Below, piece by piece: positions 41,699-53,200 of a stretch of 64,000 nucleotides of DNA. Source of the stretch: Phoronis australis (Eukaryota > Animalia > Phoronida); the NCBI GenBank assembly GCA_002633005.1, contig NMRA01000456.1:187147-251146 (forward strand). Reading direction: 5' to 3'. Numbering within the stretch: position 1 is the stretch's first letter; each line of letters starts with the position of its first letter. The notes beneath the pieces are model-generated. The model saw only the letters and a program-made list of their open reading frames with translations. It had not been told where the DNA came from and did not search any database. The position numbers and the translations under genes were made by a program.

Positions 41699-42689
41699 GG
41701 TTAGAGACAAACAGTCAATAGTTTTTAACTAATCTTTACATCTGAAATAAACACAAACTTTGATTTGATATTTAGAATCAAATACTAACTGAATATGCAG
41801 TGCATAATTAACTTAATTAACACTAAAACATTTTAATTAAAATTCTTTTTACCGTCCCCACCCAAGAGATTTTTATGCACACCACACGCCGGGAGACTGA
41901 AACGAAACTAAGTAAGAAATGGCAGTTAAATCATGTCATTAGCATGAGATCGAAACAGCGAAATGTCAAATTGCCTTTCAAATTAATGAATTTGGGTGAG
42001 GATTTATGTCCTATCAAAACTTGCTGTGTTCATGACCACAGAATCACAGAGGCGTTAGGGGACTTGGAGCAATCATTCTCAATGGATGTGCATGTAGATG
42101 CAAAATTCCCTCATGATCAAAAATACATTTTGTCTTTGTTTTCCCTGGCACCATTCTATCCCATGTACACCTCATTGACTCAATATTATTGCGACTCGGT
42201 GAATGAAAGGACTTAGAATGAAGATAAGGTATTTTGCTACCATATATGTGAAATATAGTAAAAATGGCCAATTTTTGTGAATAAAGTTTGAAATATCCTT
42301 AAACAGTTGCGATTGAAACATGAAAGACAGCTAGTTGTATGAAGACCAATGTTAAAATACACTATATGTATTCATACAAGGCTGTTCAGCAACTTGAAAT
42401 TGATGGTTTAGCTACTAGTAGTGCATGCCATAATTTGTTTGTCAGAGTATTTGTTCATGAAGAGAAGAGTTAAAGACATTAACGTCCTCCTATGGTGTCC
42501 CTCTATGACTCTGTGCCATGCTCTAGTCTGATGTCTCACATTAACCACTATCTCTAGCTGGTCCAGTAGAGGCGGTGGAGCTCCTACAGGAGCTTCATAC
42601 GCCAGAACCTGTTTGGAGAATTATACTTCACATTAACTAAAACATCAAAGTAACCTTGTTATAAATACGTTTTGCACATAGAGGCACAT

Positions 42690-42976
42690 CTTAGGAGGCC
42701 GTCAATGTATTTAATTCCATCCAACTCGAATAAATACTCCCATTATCAAACCTTTTCTTTGAACAGTCCCTCGTTCAGTTCTCAAAACCAGTAACTCAAC
42801 AATTTTAACACTGCACGTGGCAGGTGGTATGACATCATATCACCTAACATGCACAGTGTAAAAGTGGTTCATTACTGTTTTTGAGAACTGAACGAGGGAC
42901 TGCTCAAAGAAAAGGTTTAATAACGAGAGTATTTGTTTGAGTTGGAAGGAATTAAATACACCCATGGCCTCCTAAG
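42690..42976. mobile_element. Inner ~287-bp nearly fully palindromic MITE
   Basis: CTTAGGAGGCC..TGTATTTAATTCC..AAACCTTTTCTTTGA..AGTCCCTCGTTCAGTTCTCAAAA mirrored by TTTTGAGAACTGAACGAGGGACT..TCAAAGAAAAGGTTT..GGAATTAAATACA..GGCCTCCTAAG. Confidence 0.85.
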
Positions 42977-42980
42977 AGGC

Positions 42981-43492
42981 TGTTGTAGATGTGCTTCCGG
43001 CGACTCATATGAGCCTCAGTTAGCTACTCGCTAACAGGTAATTGCCTATTAGCTGAATGGTTAGCATGCTCGCCTGTTTTATAGGGGTCACTGTCTCGAT
43101 TCCCAGGTCGGGTAATCTCAGCTATTACTACAAATGGCATAGTTGGCAAATGGATGATCTACCGATGAAGCACTGCCAACTAGTACCCACGGACTTCGGG
43201 ACGGCGAGCATGGAAAGTTCCAGGAGTCGAGGACCTGTATGAGAGACAACCTTGTGTTCACCCGTGTTGTGGTGGTAAAGGTACCAAAGGGACGTTGATG
43301 ACCTGTATGCGAGACGTCCTGGTGTTCACCTTCCTGGTGGCGTGCCTGTTCCGTAGGAAAGGGAGGGGGATGTTGTAGATGTGCTTTTGGTGAATCATAT
43401 GAGCCTCTGTTAGCTACTCTGTTAGCACCCTCTTCAGTTTTATGGGGTCGTTGATTCGACTCCCAGGTCAGGTAATCTCAGCTATTACTACA
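42981..43492 (+). mobile_element. Complete TRIM (non-autonomous LTR retrotransposon) with a tRNA-like sequence inside its LTRs (Helenus-type)
   Basis: LTR1 42981-43132 and LTR2 43371-43492, both TG..CA; PBS TGGCATAGTTGGCA at 43135; PPT AGGAAAGGGAGGGGGA at 43355-43370; 4-bp TSD AGGC; A-box TAGCTGAATGG and B-box-like TCGATTCCC in the LTR. Confidence 0.88.
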
Positions 43493-43799
43493 AGGCTACT
43501 AGGCTAAGCCTAAGAAAAAGATGTCCCTCTGGCTCTGTTTGCGCAAAAGTTATATATAACAACGTAACTTTGACACTTTCATCAGTGCAAGGCATAACTC
43601 GCCAAAAGGTTTCCAGTGTATGAAGCGCCTATGGGAGCTCCACTGTCTCTACTGGCGGTGCCAGTGGAGTCAGTGGTCACTGTTTGTGTATAGTACACTC
43701 AAGTCAGTGTGACAGTGTCACAGACATAGACACACAAATGACACAGTGTGACGCGTTACTGTATCTATAATGGTGTAACAAAGTACGGGAATACCTTAC

Positions 43800-44285
43800 A
43801 AAAACCAGCCGATCTTTACTGGTCTGTACCTCAACACACAATCACGACACAGGTGAAAACTAATCGTTGATCACAGAAACGGCACATGTTTTTCTGTCAA
43901 TGCTTAAAGAAACAACCAAAACATCAACAGGAACAGTTTTCAATATGGCGCGCTTACAAACATTGAAAATAGGGAATAAATCAACAAATTTAAATGTGTT
44001 TTATTGACATTAACAAACAAAATAGATGATAACTTTTCCTATTATTATGAATAAAAATACTACTTAACTTAAAATGTCATTTTATTACTATTAGCGATAT
44101 TATTAGTTAAATGAACTTTTCCACGTTACTAATTTTGCAAAACTCAGATGAAAACTTGCGTCTCAAAACGAGGCAATCAAAACTTACTGGTCCACGTATG
44201 TTAGTGGTTGTGTGTGGGACGTAGCTGGCTTGAACAGAATCTTTTTACCTTCTTACTCTGCGGATCACCTCTAGGATCACGCATA
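43800..44285. promoter_or_regulatory. Probable bidirectional promoter for TBC1D31 (non-coding first exon near 43800-43950) and DERL1, with an ERSE-II-like element
   Basis: The TBC1D31 ATG exon has an acceptor at ~41742, implying an upstream non-coding exon; candidate minus-strand donors at ~43799 and ~43829; ACTGGTCCACGT at 44186-44197. Confidence 0.45.
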
Positions 44286-47200
44286 ATGTCTGGTAACGAA
44301 TTGGGGGATTGGTATCGGGGAATCCCGATGATAACACGATACTGGTTTACTGGTTCCATCGTGTTGCCGCTGATTGGAAAGCTCGGCCTCGTCAGTGCAA
44401 TGACAATGATCTTGAATTACGAGGCAGTCGTGTATCATTTTCACGTGAGTTGATAGTTGGAGGATGGAATGTCACTTCTCATTGTAACGTACCTGCCATC
44501 CTCAAAAACAGATAGGTTCATGTTTCTACTTGGGGAGCTTATCTCTATTCTAACACATTTTATCCAGCCATATTACATTTGCTGGAAGTTACGCGATGTT
44601 CTCACTCTCGCAACACACTTGCGCTTGTCATCTCCGACCTACTCTTTGATTAGCTGCTGCCCTACCTTCTAGTGGGGTCATTTATCAAGTTAATTCAATA
44701 CTGTTGTGAAATGTGCTTCCGGTGAGTCATATATGAGCCTCTGTTAGCCACTCGCTAACAGGCAATTGCCTATTAGCTGAATGGTTAGCACGCTCGCCGG
44801 TTAAATCAGGGTGGCTGGTACGATTCCCGAGGTCGGGCAATCTCGGCTATTACGACAATACTAAAATTGTGAGCCAGATATTAACCAATCACAGCAGGGG
44901 CAGAGCCTGTTGTAGCCATGTGAGTCGCACAGTGGCAAGATTGAGAATCTCACGAAACTACAGACCATTAGACGGCATTAGAGAGTAGTATATTTAAATG
45001 GTGTAAAGCAGGTATGCTTTAAAAAGATCGAAATCAGCTCCAGTGTTCTATGTGTTGTAGACGTGCTTACGGTGAATCATATGAACCTCTTCTAGCCACT
45101 GGCTAAAGGGCAATTGTCTATTAGCTGAATAGTTAGTATGCTTGCCATTTCCTTGGTTGGGTGCTCTCATTAATTATTACACATGCAACCATGTCGCTGT
45201 GTTAGGTGTGATCTTAGAATACTGGAATTCTAGTCTGAGATAACGGAAGCAGTCTCAAAATTAAGCAACCAGCCGTGTTTGTAAAACATGCACTCTGTTA
45301 TCAAAGCAAAACATGTAGCAATAAATTTTATCCCTCCTTGTCTCGGTAATTTGAACGTTGCTAACCATTGAAAATGCATGGTAGTTGATAGCTGAGTTCA
45401 TTTCACTGGATATCTTTACTTGTCGCTTGTATTATGCACTCTGATGTAAAGTTATATGTTATTGTCAAGTGATGTTGAGTATGACTCATAACTGATGATG
45501 ATTAAGCTACTATTTTTGAATCAAAACGCTGATCATGAACACCGTTGTTATTATTTGTGTCGTTATCTTCCTGTTAACCAATGAAACCAATGTAAAACAA
45601 CCACTTTCAGTGCTCAATTTGCCAAAATGCAGGTCACCAATGCAACTTCAGATTGTGTTTGGTGACCTGGGAAAAATCTAAAGTCGTCATGAAGTATGAC
45701 TTTAAATACTTATTACTACTACCAGTATTGGAACCTGGACCAAATTGAAATATTTCGATTTGGGTTGATTCCGTATTGAAATTTGTATATGGCAGCCTGT
45801 ATTGAAATACATTTTATGGTATAAATTAAAACAATAGATTGAACATAAAATTCATGTTGCTTTTTCAACCCTCAACTATTTTTTTATCATTCAAAACAGA
45901 GTCAGAATATAGTTGTCAAAAACTAGCCATAAAGACTTGCATGTTATCTTGATCTAGTTGTGTTGTTCTGTTGCAGGTCTGGCGGCCAGTGACAGCACTG
46001 TTCTATTACCCGTTAACTGTTGTCAAAAACTAGCCATAAAGACTTGCGTGTTATCATGATCTAGTTGTATTGTTTTGTTTCAGATCTGGCGGCCAGTGAC
46101 AGCACTGTTCTATTACCCGTTAACACCACAAACTGGTTTTCACTTTCTCATCATGATGTATTTCCTATATTCATATTCAACAAGATTAGAAACAGGTTTG
46201 TTTTGTCAATTTTCACATTTTATCTTCATCAGATGATTTTTAATAGAATGGCGAGCTTCAGAAGATTTCTCAAGAAAAATTGCAATTGCATCTTTGAATG
46301 ACCAGACTATCGGCGTAAGTCTGTGTAAATCCCCTCACAATATCTGACATTTACAGCACAAGGAAACTTGACACATTCGTTAGTGTGCCAGTCATCCTAA
46401 AAGGATCACCCTTTTTGGCAAGTCATGAAACATCCAGAAAATACTGTTTTTGTGAGATAAAGCAAAATTTAATACTGATGTGTTGAAAAACGAGCAGTAA
46501 ATAATTGTATATGTAGTTTTAGATCAAAGTATACTGTATTTATTTATGTATTGTAATATTTAAAATGAGGGTGGCCTCTTCAGTGATAGCACTGTCCAAA
46601 GGTAGATTTAGGAGTGAATGCCTTAAGTTATAAGCCTGAGAATGGCACAAAATAACAAATTTCACTAGAATTTCTAGTTAGATAATTCTGCACCATGAAT
46701 TCTTTTAATAGAGTTATAAGAAATATTTATTAATAGCTGTGTCATTTCTTGTTTCAGGCGTATTTGATGGCAAGCCGGCTGACTACTTATTTATGCTGAT
46801 TTTCAACTGGCTATGTCTCGTTATCATCGGATTCATCGCAGGAATTATGGTAAACCTGATGTTAACTAATTTTTGAAATTTTGGAAGGAGTTTAAAACAG
46901 ATCCTCCAAGAATTTCAATTGCAATGCTTTTACCGATTGGCTGTACGTTATCATTAATTAATGAGAAAGTTACAAACAACTTCAGCATTCATGTCCTCTT
47001 TAACAGCTGTTTTATGATGAAATAATTTACAAATGATTAGTGTATCGCAGCACGCCACCTGTGACCACATCACGTGACCTAACAAATGTAAGTCTGTAAA
47101 GATTTCTGCCCCAAGCGGGACTCGAACCCGGGACCGTCTGCTACCTGTGCTGACCTTCTAGTCCACTGAGCCATCGGGACCACCGGTCAAATACAGAAAT

Positions 47201-50200
47201 CCAATCGGACTTAGTATCAGGCATCTCACCCTTGGGCCCGGGTTCATGCCCTGATTGGGGTAGAAATCTTTTCAGACTTAGATTCATTAGTTCACGTGAT
47301 GTGGGCACAGGTGGCGTGCTCACCAGACTTAGAAACACTGGTTTAAGAATTACATATTTGTGTAAATGACCAGTATGTGAGCACTGTCTACGACTTTTTC
47401 CACTGCAGTTCTTGTAGTTCGTACTGAACAATCTTGATGTTTTCTTCTGTAGAAAGAGTTTGAACTTAAATGCTTGAAGAGTTAAATGTTCTAATGTGTT
47501 AAGTGTTCTGAAGAGACAGATTGCATTCAAAGTTTTTTATTGTTGCAACCATGAATGAATGTTTCAATTAAACTGTCCCACAGTAGGGGGACTATACCTG
47601 AAACTTTTAAAATGACTGGTAAATTCAATGAGAGATTACAATGTAAAGAGCCTGTTCTTCAAATTAGAACACAATATGACAGAATAGTTAATTTATATTT
47701 TATTAAAGTTTTGACTAGAGTAAATGAGAAGATGATTTTGCTTGATTATTTGAAAATGTCATCAACAAGCATGATGAAATTTCCAACATTTTTTGGCAAT
47801 ACAGTGATTGTTTAAAAATGTTGCTTTAAGATTTCTCTGTCATTTTGTGGCATATCCTGCTTTAACATTAGCTCCAACATTTTGAGGCTTGTCATTTACT
47901 TTCAACCGTCTTCCTTCTTCAAATTTTTTTGTGATCTTGTACTGTCATTTTCAACGCGAGTCTAGTTTATATGCTTGTTTGAGTCTAGTTATANNNNNNN
48001 NNNNNNNNNNNNNNNNNNNNNNNNNNNNNNNNNNNNNNNNNNNNNNNNNNNNNNNNNNNNNNNNNNNNNNNNNNNNNNNNNNNNNNNNNNNNNNNNNNNN
48101 NNNNNNNNNNNNNNNNNNNNNNNNNNNNNTGATCTAGTTGTATTGTTCTGTTGCAGATCTGGCGGCCAGTGACAGCACTGTTCTATTACCCGTTCACAGT
48201 TGTCAAAAACTAGCCATAAATACTTGCGTGTTATCGTGATCTAGTTGTATTGTTCTATTGCAGATCTGGCGGCCAGTGACAGCACTGTTCTATTACCCGT
48301 TAACACCACAAACTGGTTTTCACTTTCTCATCATGATGTATTTCCTATATTCATATTCAACAAGATTAGAAACAGGTTTGTTTTTCAATTTTCACATTTT
48401 ATCTTCATCAGATGATTTCTTTAATAGAATGGCGGGCATCAGAAGATTTCTCAAGAAAAATTGCAGTTGCATCTTTGAATGACCAGACTATCGGCATAGG
48501 TCTGTGTAAATCCTTCACAAAATGTGACAGTTACAGCACAAGGAAACTTGACACATTTGTTAGTGTGCCAGTCATCCTAAAAGGGTCACCTTTTTGGCAA
48601 GTCATGAAAAATCCAGAAAATACTGTGTTTTTGTGGGATAAAGCAAAATTTACTACTGATGTGTTGAAAAACGAGCAGTAAGTAATTGTATATGTAGTTT
48701 TAGATCAAAGTATACTTTGTTTATTTATTTATTGTTATATTTAAAATGAGGGTAGCCTCTTCAGTGATAGCACTGTTTGTCCAAAGGTAGATTTAGGAAT
48801 GAATGCCTGAAGTTATAAGCCTGAGAATGGCGCAAAATAACAAATATCACTAGAATTTCTAGTTAGATAATTCTGCACCATGAATTCTTTTAATAGAGTT
48901 ATAAGAAATATTTATTAATAGCTGTGTCATTTCTTGTTTCAGGCGTATTTGATGGCAAGCCGGCTGACTACTTATTTATGCTGATTTTCAACTGGCTATG
49001 TCTCGTTATCATCGGATTCATCGCAGGAATTATGGTAAACCTGATGTTAACTAATTTTTGAAATTTTGGAAGGAGTTTAAAACAGATCCTCAAAGAATTT
49101 CAATTGCAATGCTTTTACCGATTGGCTTCACGTCGTCATTAATTAATGAGAAAGTTACACTCAACTTCAGCATTCACGTCCTCTTTAAAAGCTGTATTTA
49201 TGATGAAATAATTTACAAATGACTAGTGTATCGCAGCACGCCACCTGTGACCACATCACGTGACCTAACGAATGTAAGTCTGTAAAGATTTCTGCCCCAA
49301 GCGGGACTCAAATCCGTGACCTTCTGCTACCTGTGCTGACCTTCTAGTCCACTGAGCCATCGGGACCACCGGTCAAATACAGAAATCCAATCGGACTTAG
49401 TATCAGGCATCTCACCCTTGGGCCCGGGTTCATGCCCTCATTGGGGTAGAAATCTTTTCAGACTTAGATTCATTAGTTCACGTGATGTGGGCACAGGTGG
49501 CGTGCTCACCAGACTTAGAAACACTGGTTTAAGAATTACATATTTGTGTAAATGACCAGTATGAGCGCTGTCTACGACTTTTTCCACTGCAGTTCTTGTA
49601 GTTCGTACTGAACAATCTTGATGTTTTCTTCTGTAGAAAGAGTTTGAACTTCAATGCTTGAAGATTTAAATGTTCTAATGTGTTAAGTGTTCTGAAGAGA
49701 CAGATTGCATTCAAAGTTTCTTATTGTTGTAACCATGAATGAATGTTTCAATTGAACTGTCCCACAGTAGGGGGACCATACCTGAAACTTTTAAAATGAC
49801 TGGTAAATTTAATGAGAGATTACAATGTAAAGAGCCTGTTCTTCAAATTAGAACACAATATGACAGTTAATTTATATTTTTTTAAAGTTTTAAAGTTTTG
49901 ACTAGAGTAAATGAGAAGATGATTTTGCTTGATTATTTGAAAATGTCATCAACAAGCATGATGAAATTTCCAGCATTTTTTGGCAATACAGTGATTGTTT
50001 AAAAATGTTGCTTTAAGATTTCTCTGTCATTTTGAAGCATATCCTGCTTTAACATTAGCTCCAACATTTTGAGGCTTGTCATTTACTTTCAACCGTCTTC
50101 CTTCTTCAAATTTTTTTGTGATCTTGTACTGTCATTTTCAACGCGAGTCTAGTTTATATGCTTGTTTGAGTCTAGTTATAATAATGTGAATCTAGTTATA

Positions 50201-53200
50201 TGTTCATGCAAGTAGTTATACATTCATGTGAGTCTAGTTATATTGTAATGTGGGTCTAGTTATATGGTACTGTGGTTCTAGTTATATGGTAATGTGAGTC
50301 TAGTTATATGGTAATGTGGGTCTAGTTATATGGTAATGTGAGTCTAGTTATAGGTTAATGTGAGTGTGTGTTAATTGTATTCCAGTTACTTCTTGATCCC
50401 ATGGTGATGAGTGTGCTGTATGTGTGGTGCTCTCTCAACAAAGATGTTGTTGTACAGTTCTGGTTTGGTACACAGTTTAAAGTAAGTCCTATGTCTTTTT
50501 TATTTACCACTCATTTGTAATAGGACGAAATCTATGGTATTGCAGTAAATTTTTTTCAAGATAGAGCATAATATGGCGGAAGGTTGAAATTTTTTGTTTT
50601 ATCAAAATTTTCAACTTAAGTAAATTAGAAGACAGATTTACTCTAATCATTATTTGGAAACTGCTTATGGCAAACACAATGGATTCCGAAGCATTTGAAA
50701 AATAAAAAATGACACTTTTGGTCATTAGTTTTTTATTGAATTTGAGGAAACTTTACCATACTGGTGTTTTGCATAGTGATAAGGTTCATCACTATGCCTT
50801 TATGTGTTGAGTCACTTCACTAGGCTAGAACCAATGCACCATTTTGAACTTGAAGGACCATGAATTGTAGCGTACTGTTTACGCTGTTGACAATGAACTT
50901 GAATTTAGCTTGCACGTTTTTGTCACATTTCTTTATAGCGTTTTTTGCTTGCTAGCTTGTTTGTGTGCGCAAACTAGTGTCATTCGTAGTTAAACCGTCA
51001 TAGATTGCACACAGCAGTGTACTCCCACCTAGCTTCAAGTGTACTGATTTTGTGTTAAAATTGATTCAAGATTGTAGCTATTCCCTTTTTTCTCCAACAT
51101 CTTGATGGGTTTGACCACAGCACGTCTTTGTCAGTAGACATCTCTCGCAACTTTTAATCTGTACATGCTCAATGTGACTGTTGAAAACAGGTACTTATAT
51201 AATGTTGTCCTATGATGTGCCAAGCCACAAAGAAAAGGTATTGAATTCCAGAACTGTAATTCTTTTTTCTCTTTTGTCTTGTTTCATACAATTATGTCTT
51301 GATTTTTTGTTTAATTGGTAACATTCCGGGATAGCTTTGATAGATGTCCAACATTTCTGAGAAAAATCGAAATCAAAAAACATAAAGAAAAAAAAGTTGT
51401 GACTGATGCAGTCTTACTTGTGAACTGAGTCGTTATTTTGTGTGTATCGTGACATTTTTGCCTGGAATTAAAACTTTAAAAAAAATTTGGAAATCGTACA
51501 AGCTTCACTTTCAAAGCATACATTTTTTGCATAAAGGTTACACATGTGCTAATAGGTTGGAAACACTGGAATATTGCAAGCAATATTGATATCGCTGGTG
51601 CCACAGTATATTATTTAAAGTTCCACTTACCTTCATACTGAAGCTATATAAGGCAACTGTAGGACATGCATTACCCTGGGTTCCAACTGCTTTCATATTG
51701 ATGCTATATTGTACAGTTGACTTTGCTCCTACTTGCAGTGTATTTACCTTGGATTCCAACTGTCTTTGTACGGTGTTGTAGTTATATTTGTCTTTGTTCA
51801 TACTTGCAGGCGATGTATTTACCCTGGGTTCTCCTAATCTTTAATATGATCATCATGGGAGGGTAAGTTAATCAACCTTCAGAGTCTTCTCTCTGCTCCC
51901 TTGTTAATTTATTAGTTGATCAGTACCTTTGTCCATAACAGTCTTAAATTCACATTTGCAGTTTAAAAGCTTTATTTTGGAATGCTCTTTGTAAGGAAGC
52001 CAAAGTACCATATGTGACTAGTTTCGTCTAGTGAATATTCATGGCTAGTCTCGTCTAGTGTATATACGTGGATAGTCTCGTCTAGTGTACTACATGGCTA
52101 GTCTCGTCTAGTGTATAATATGTATGTGATATGTATGTATGCATGCATGCAACCATCAATTGTTCTTTTTTTCTTTTCAGAGGTATTGCAGAAATTCTTG
52201 GTATATTAGTGGGCCATCTCTACTTTTTTCTCATGTTCAAGTACCCACAAGACTTTGGTGGGCGCTCATTTTTACAGACTCCAGCCATTCTGTAAGTGTA
52301 ATATCTTAACACAACAATGATAGTTTATATTATTATGTGCCCACCTACTTGTATGGGGGCTCATGCTGTCAACCCCATCCGGTGTCCATCTGACGTCTGC
52401 TGCTGTATTTCCAAAATCCCTTGATGTATGTTTCCAGATAAGTTCCTTTCATGGATAGGCCAGCTTGAGCGAATTTTAGACAGATCCGAAAAGCAGTTGC
52501 CGTACTGGAAATTTTATTTTTTTACGTTTGCCTCTATGTCTTCGAAACTCTTTAACAGATTTTCATGAAATTTGGCAAGGTATCTATTAGGAAGATGACA
52601 CCAACCTTAAGTTTTTGAATGTCTTATTTTGTGCCACCTAGTGGCCATTTTTACTTTTCAAACCTGTTTTTGTTGCCATCAGCCCCTCTGTCGTCCTAAC
52701 CACTATAAGGATGATTATGAATATTGATCTATTGGTTCCTACTAGTGGCAGTTTTGTTTTTTTTTTGCATCTGTGGCTGTTTCTCTTAAACCCTTTGAAG
52801 GATCTCTGATAAATTTGGGTAGTGTATTTGTATGAAGCTGACAACAGATAACGATGACTTTTCGACAGATATGACTACTGCTGTGTCCCCTAGTGGCAAT
52901 TTTATTTTTGTTCTCTGTTTATGTGGAGTTCCATAGTAATGGATTTTTAAAAAATTTGGCGAATAGGTTTGTATTAAAGAGGTTATGACACCTTGTTTTC
53001 AGATGGATTTGACTTAGTGTACGCCTCCTTGTGGCTATTTTGAGTCTGTTTTTGACATCCATCTCTTTATCGGCCAAACCACTTTAAGAATTGTTATGAA
53101 AATTGGTAAAGGTGTTCCTAGTGGGAAGAGCATGGCTGACAATGATTTTTGTATATTTTTGACTACTGTGGTGCTCTATAGAGACAATTTGCTTTTTTTT

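Larger units (their letters stand above)
42563..43655. mobile_element. Outer foldback MITE (arms ~42563-42690 and ~43515-43655) hosting two nested insertions
   Basis: CCAGTAGAGGCGGTGGAGCTCCTACAGGAGCTTCATAC.. is the reverse complement of ..GTATGAAGCGCCTATGGGAGCTCCACTGTCTCTACTGG. Confidence 0.7.

Noticed and set aside
43044-43113. tRNA gene (also ~44768-44839 and ~47110-47182)
   Set aside because: Anticodon arms are irregular, copies diverge, and all lie inside mobile elements.
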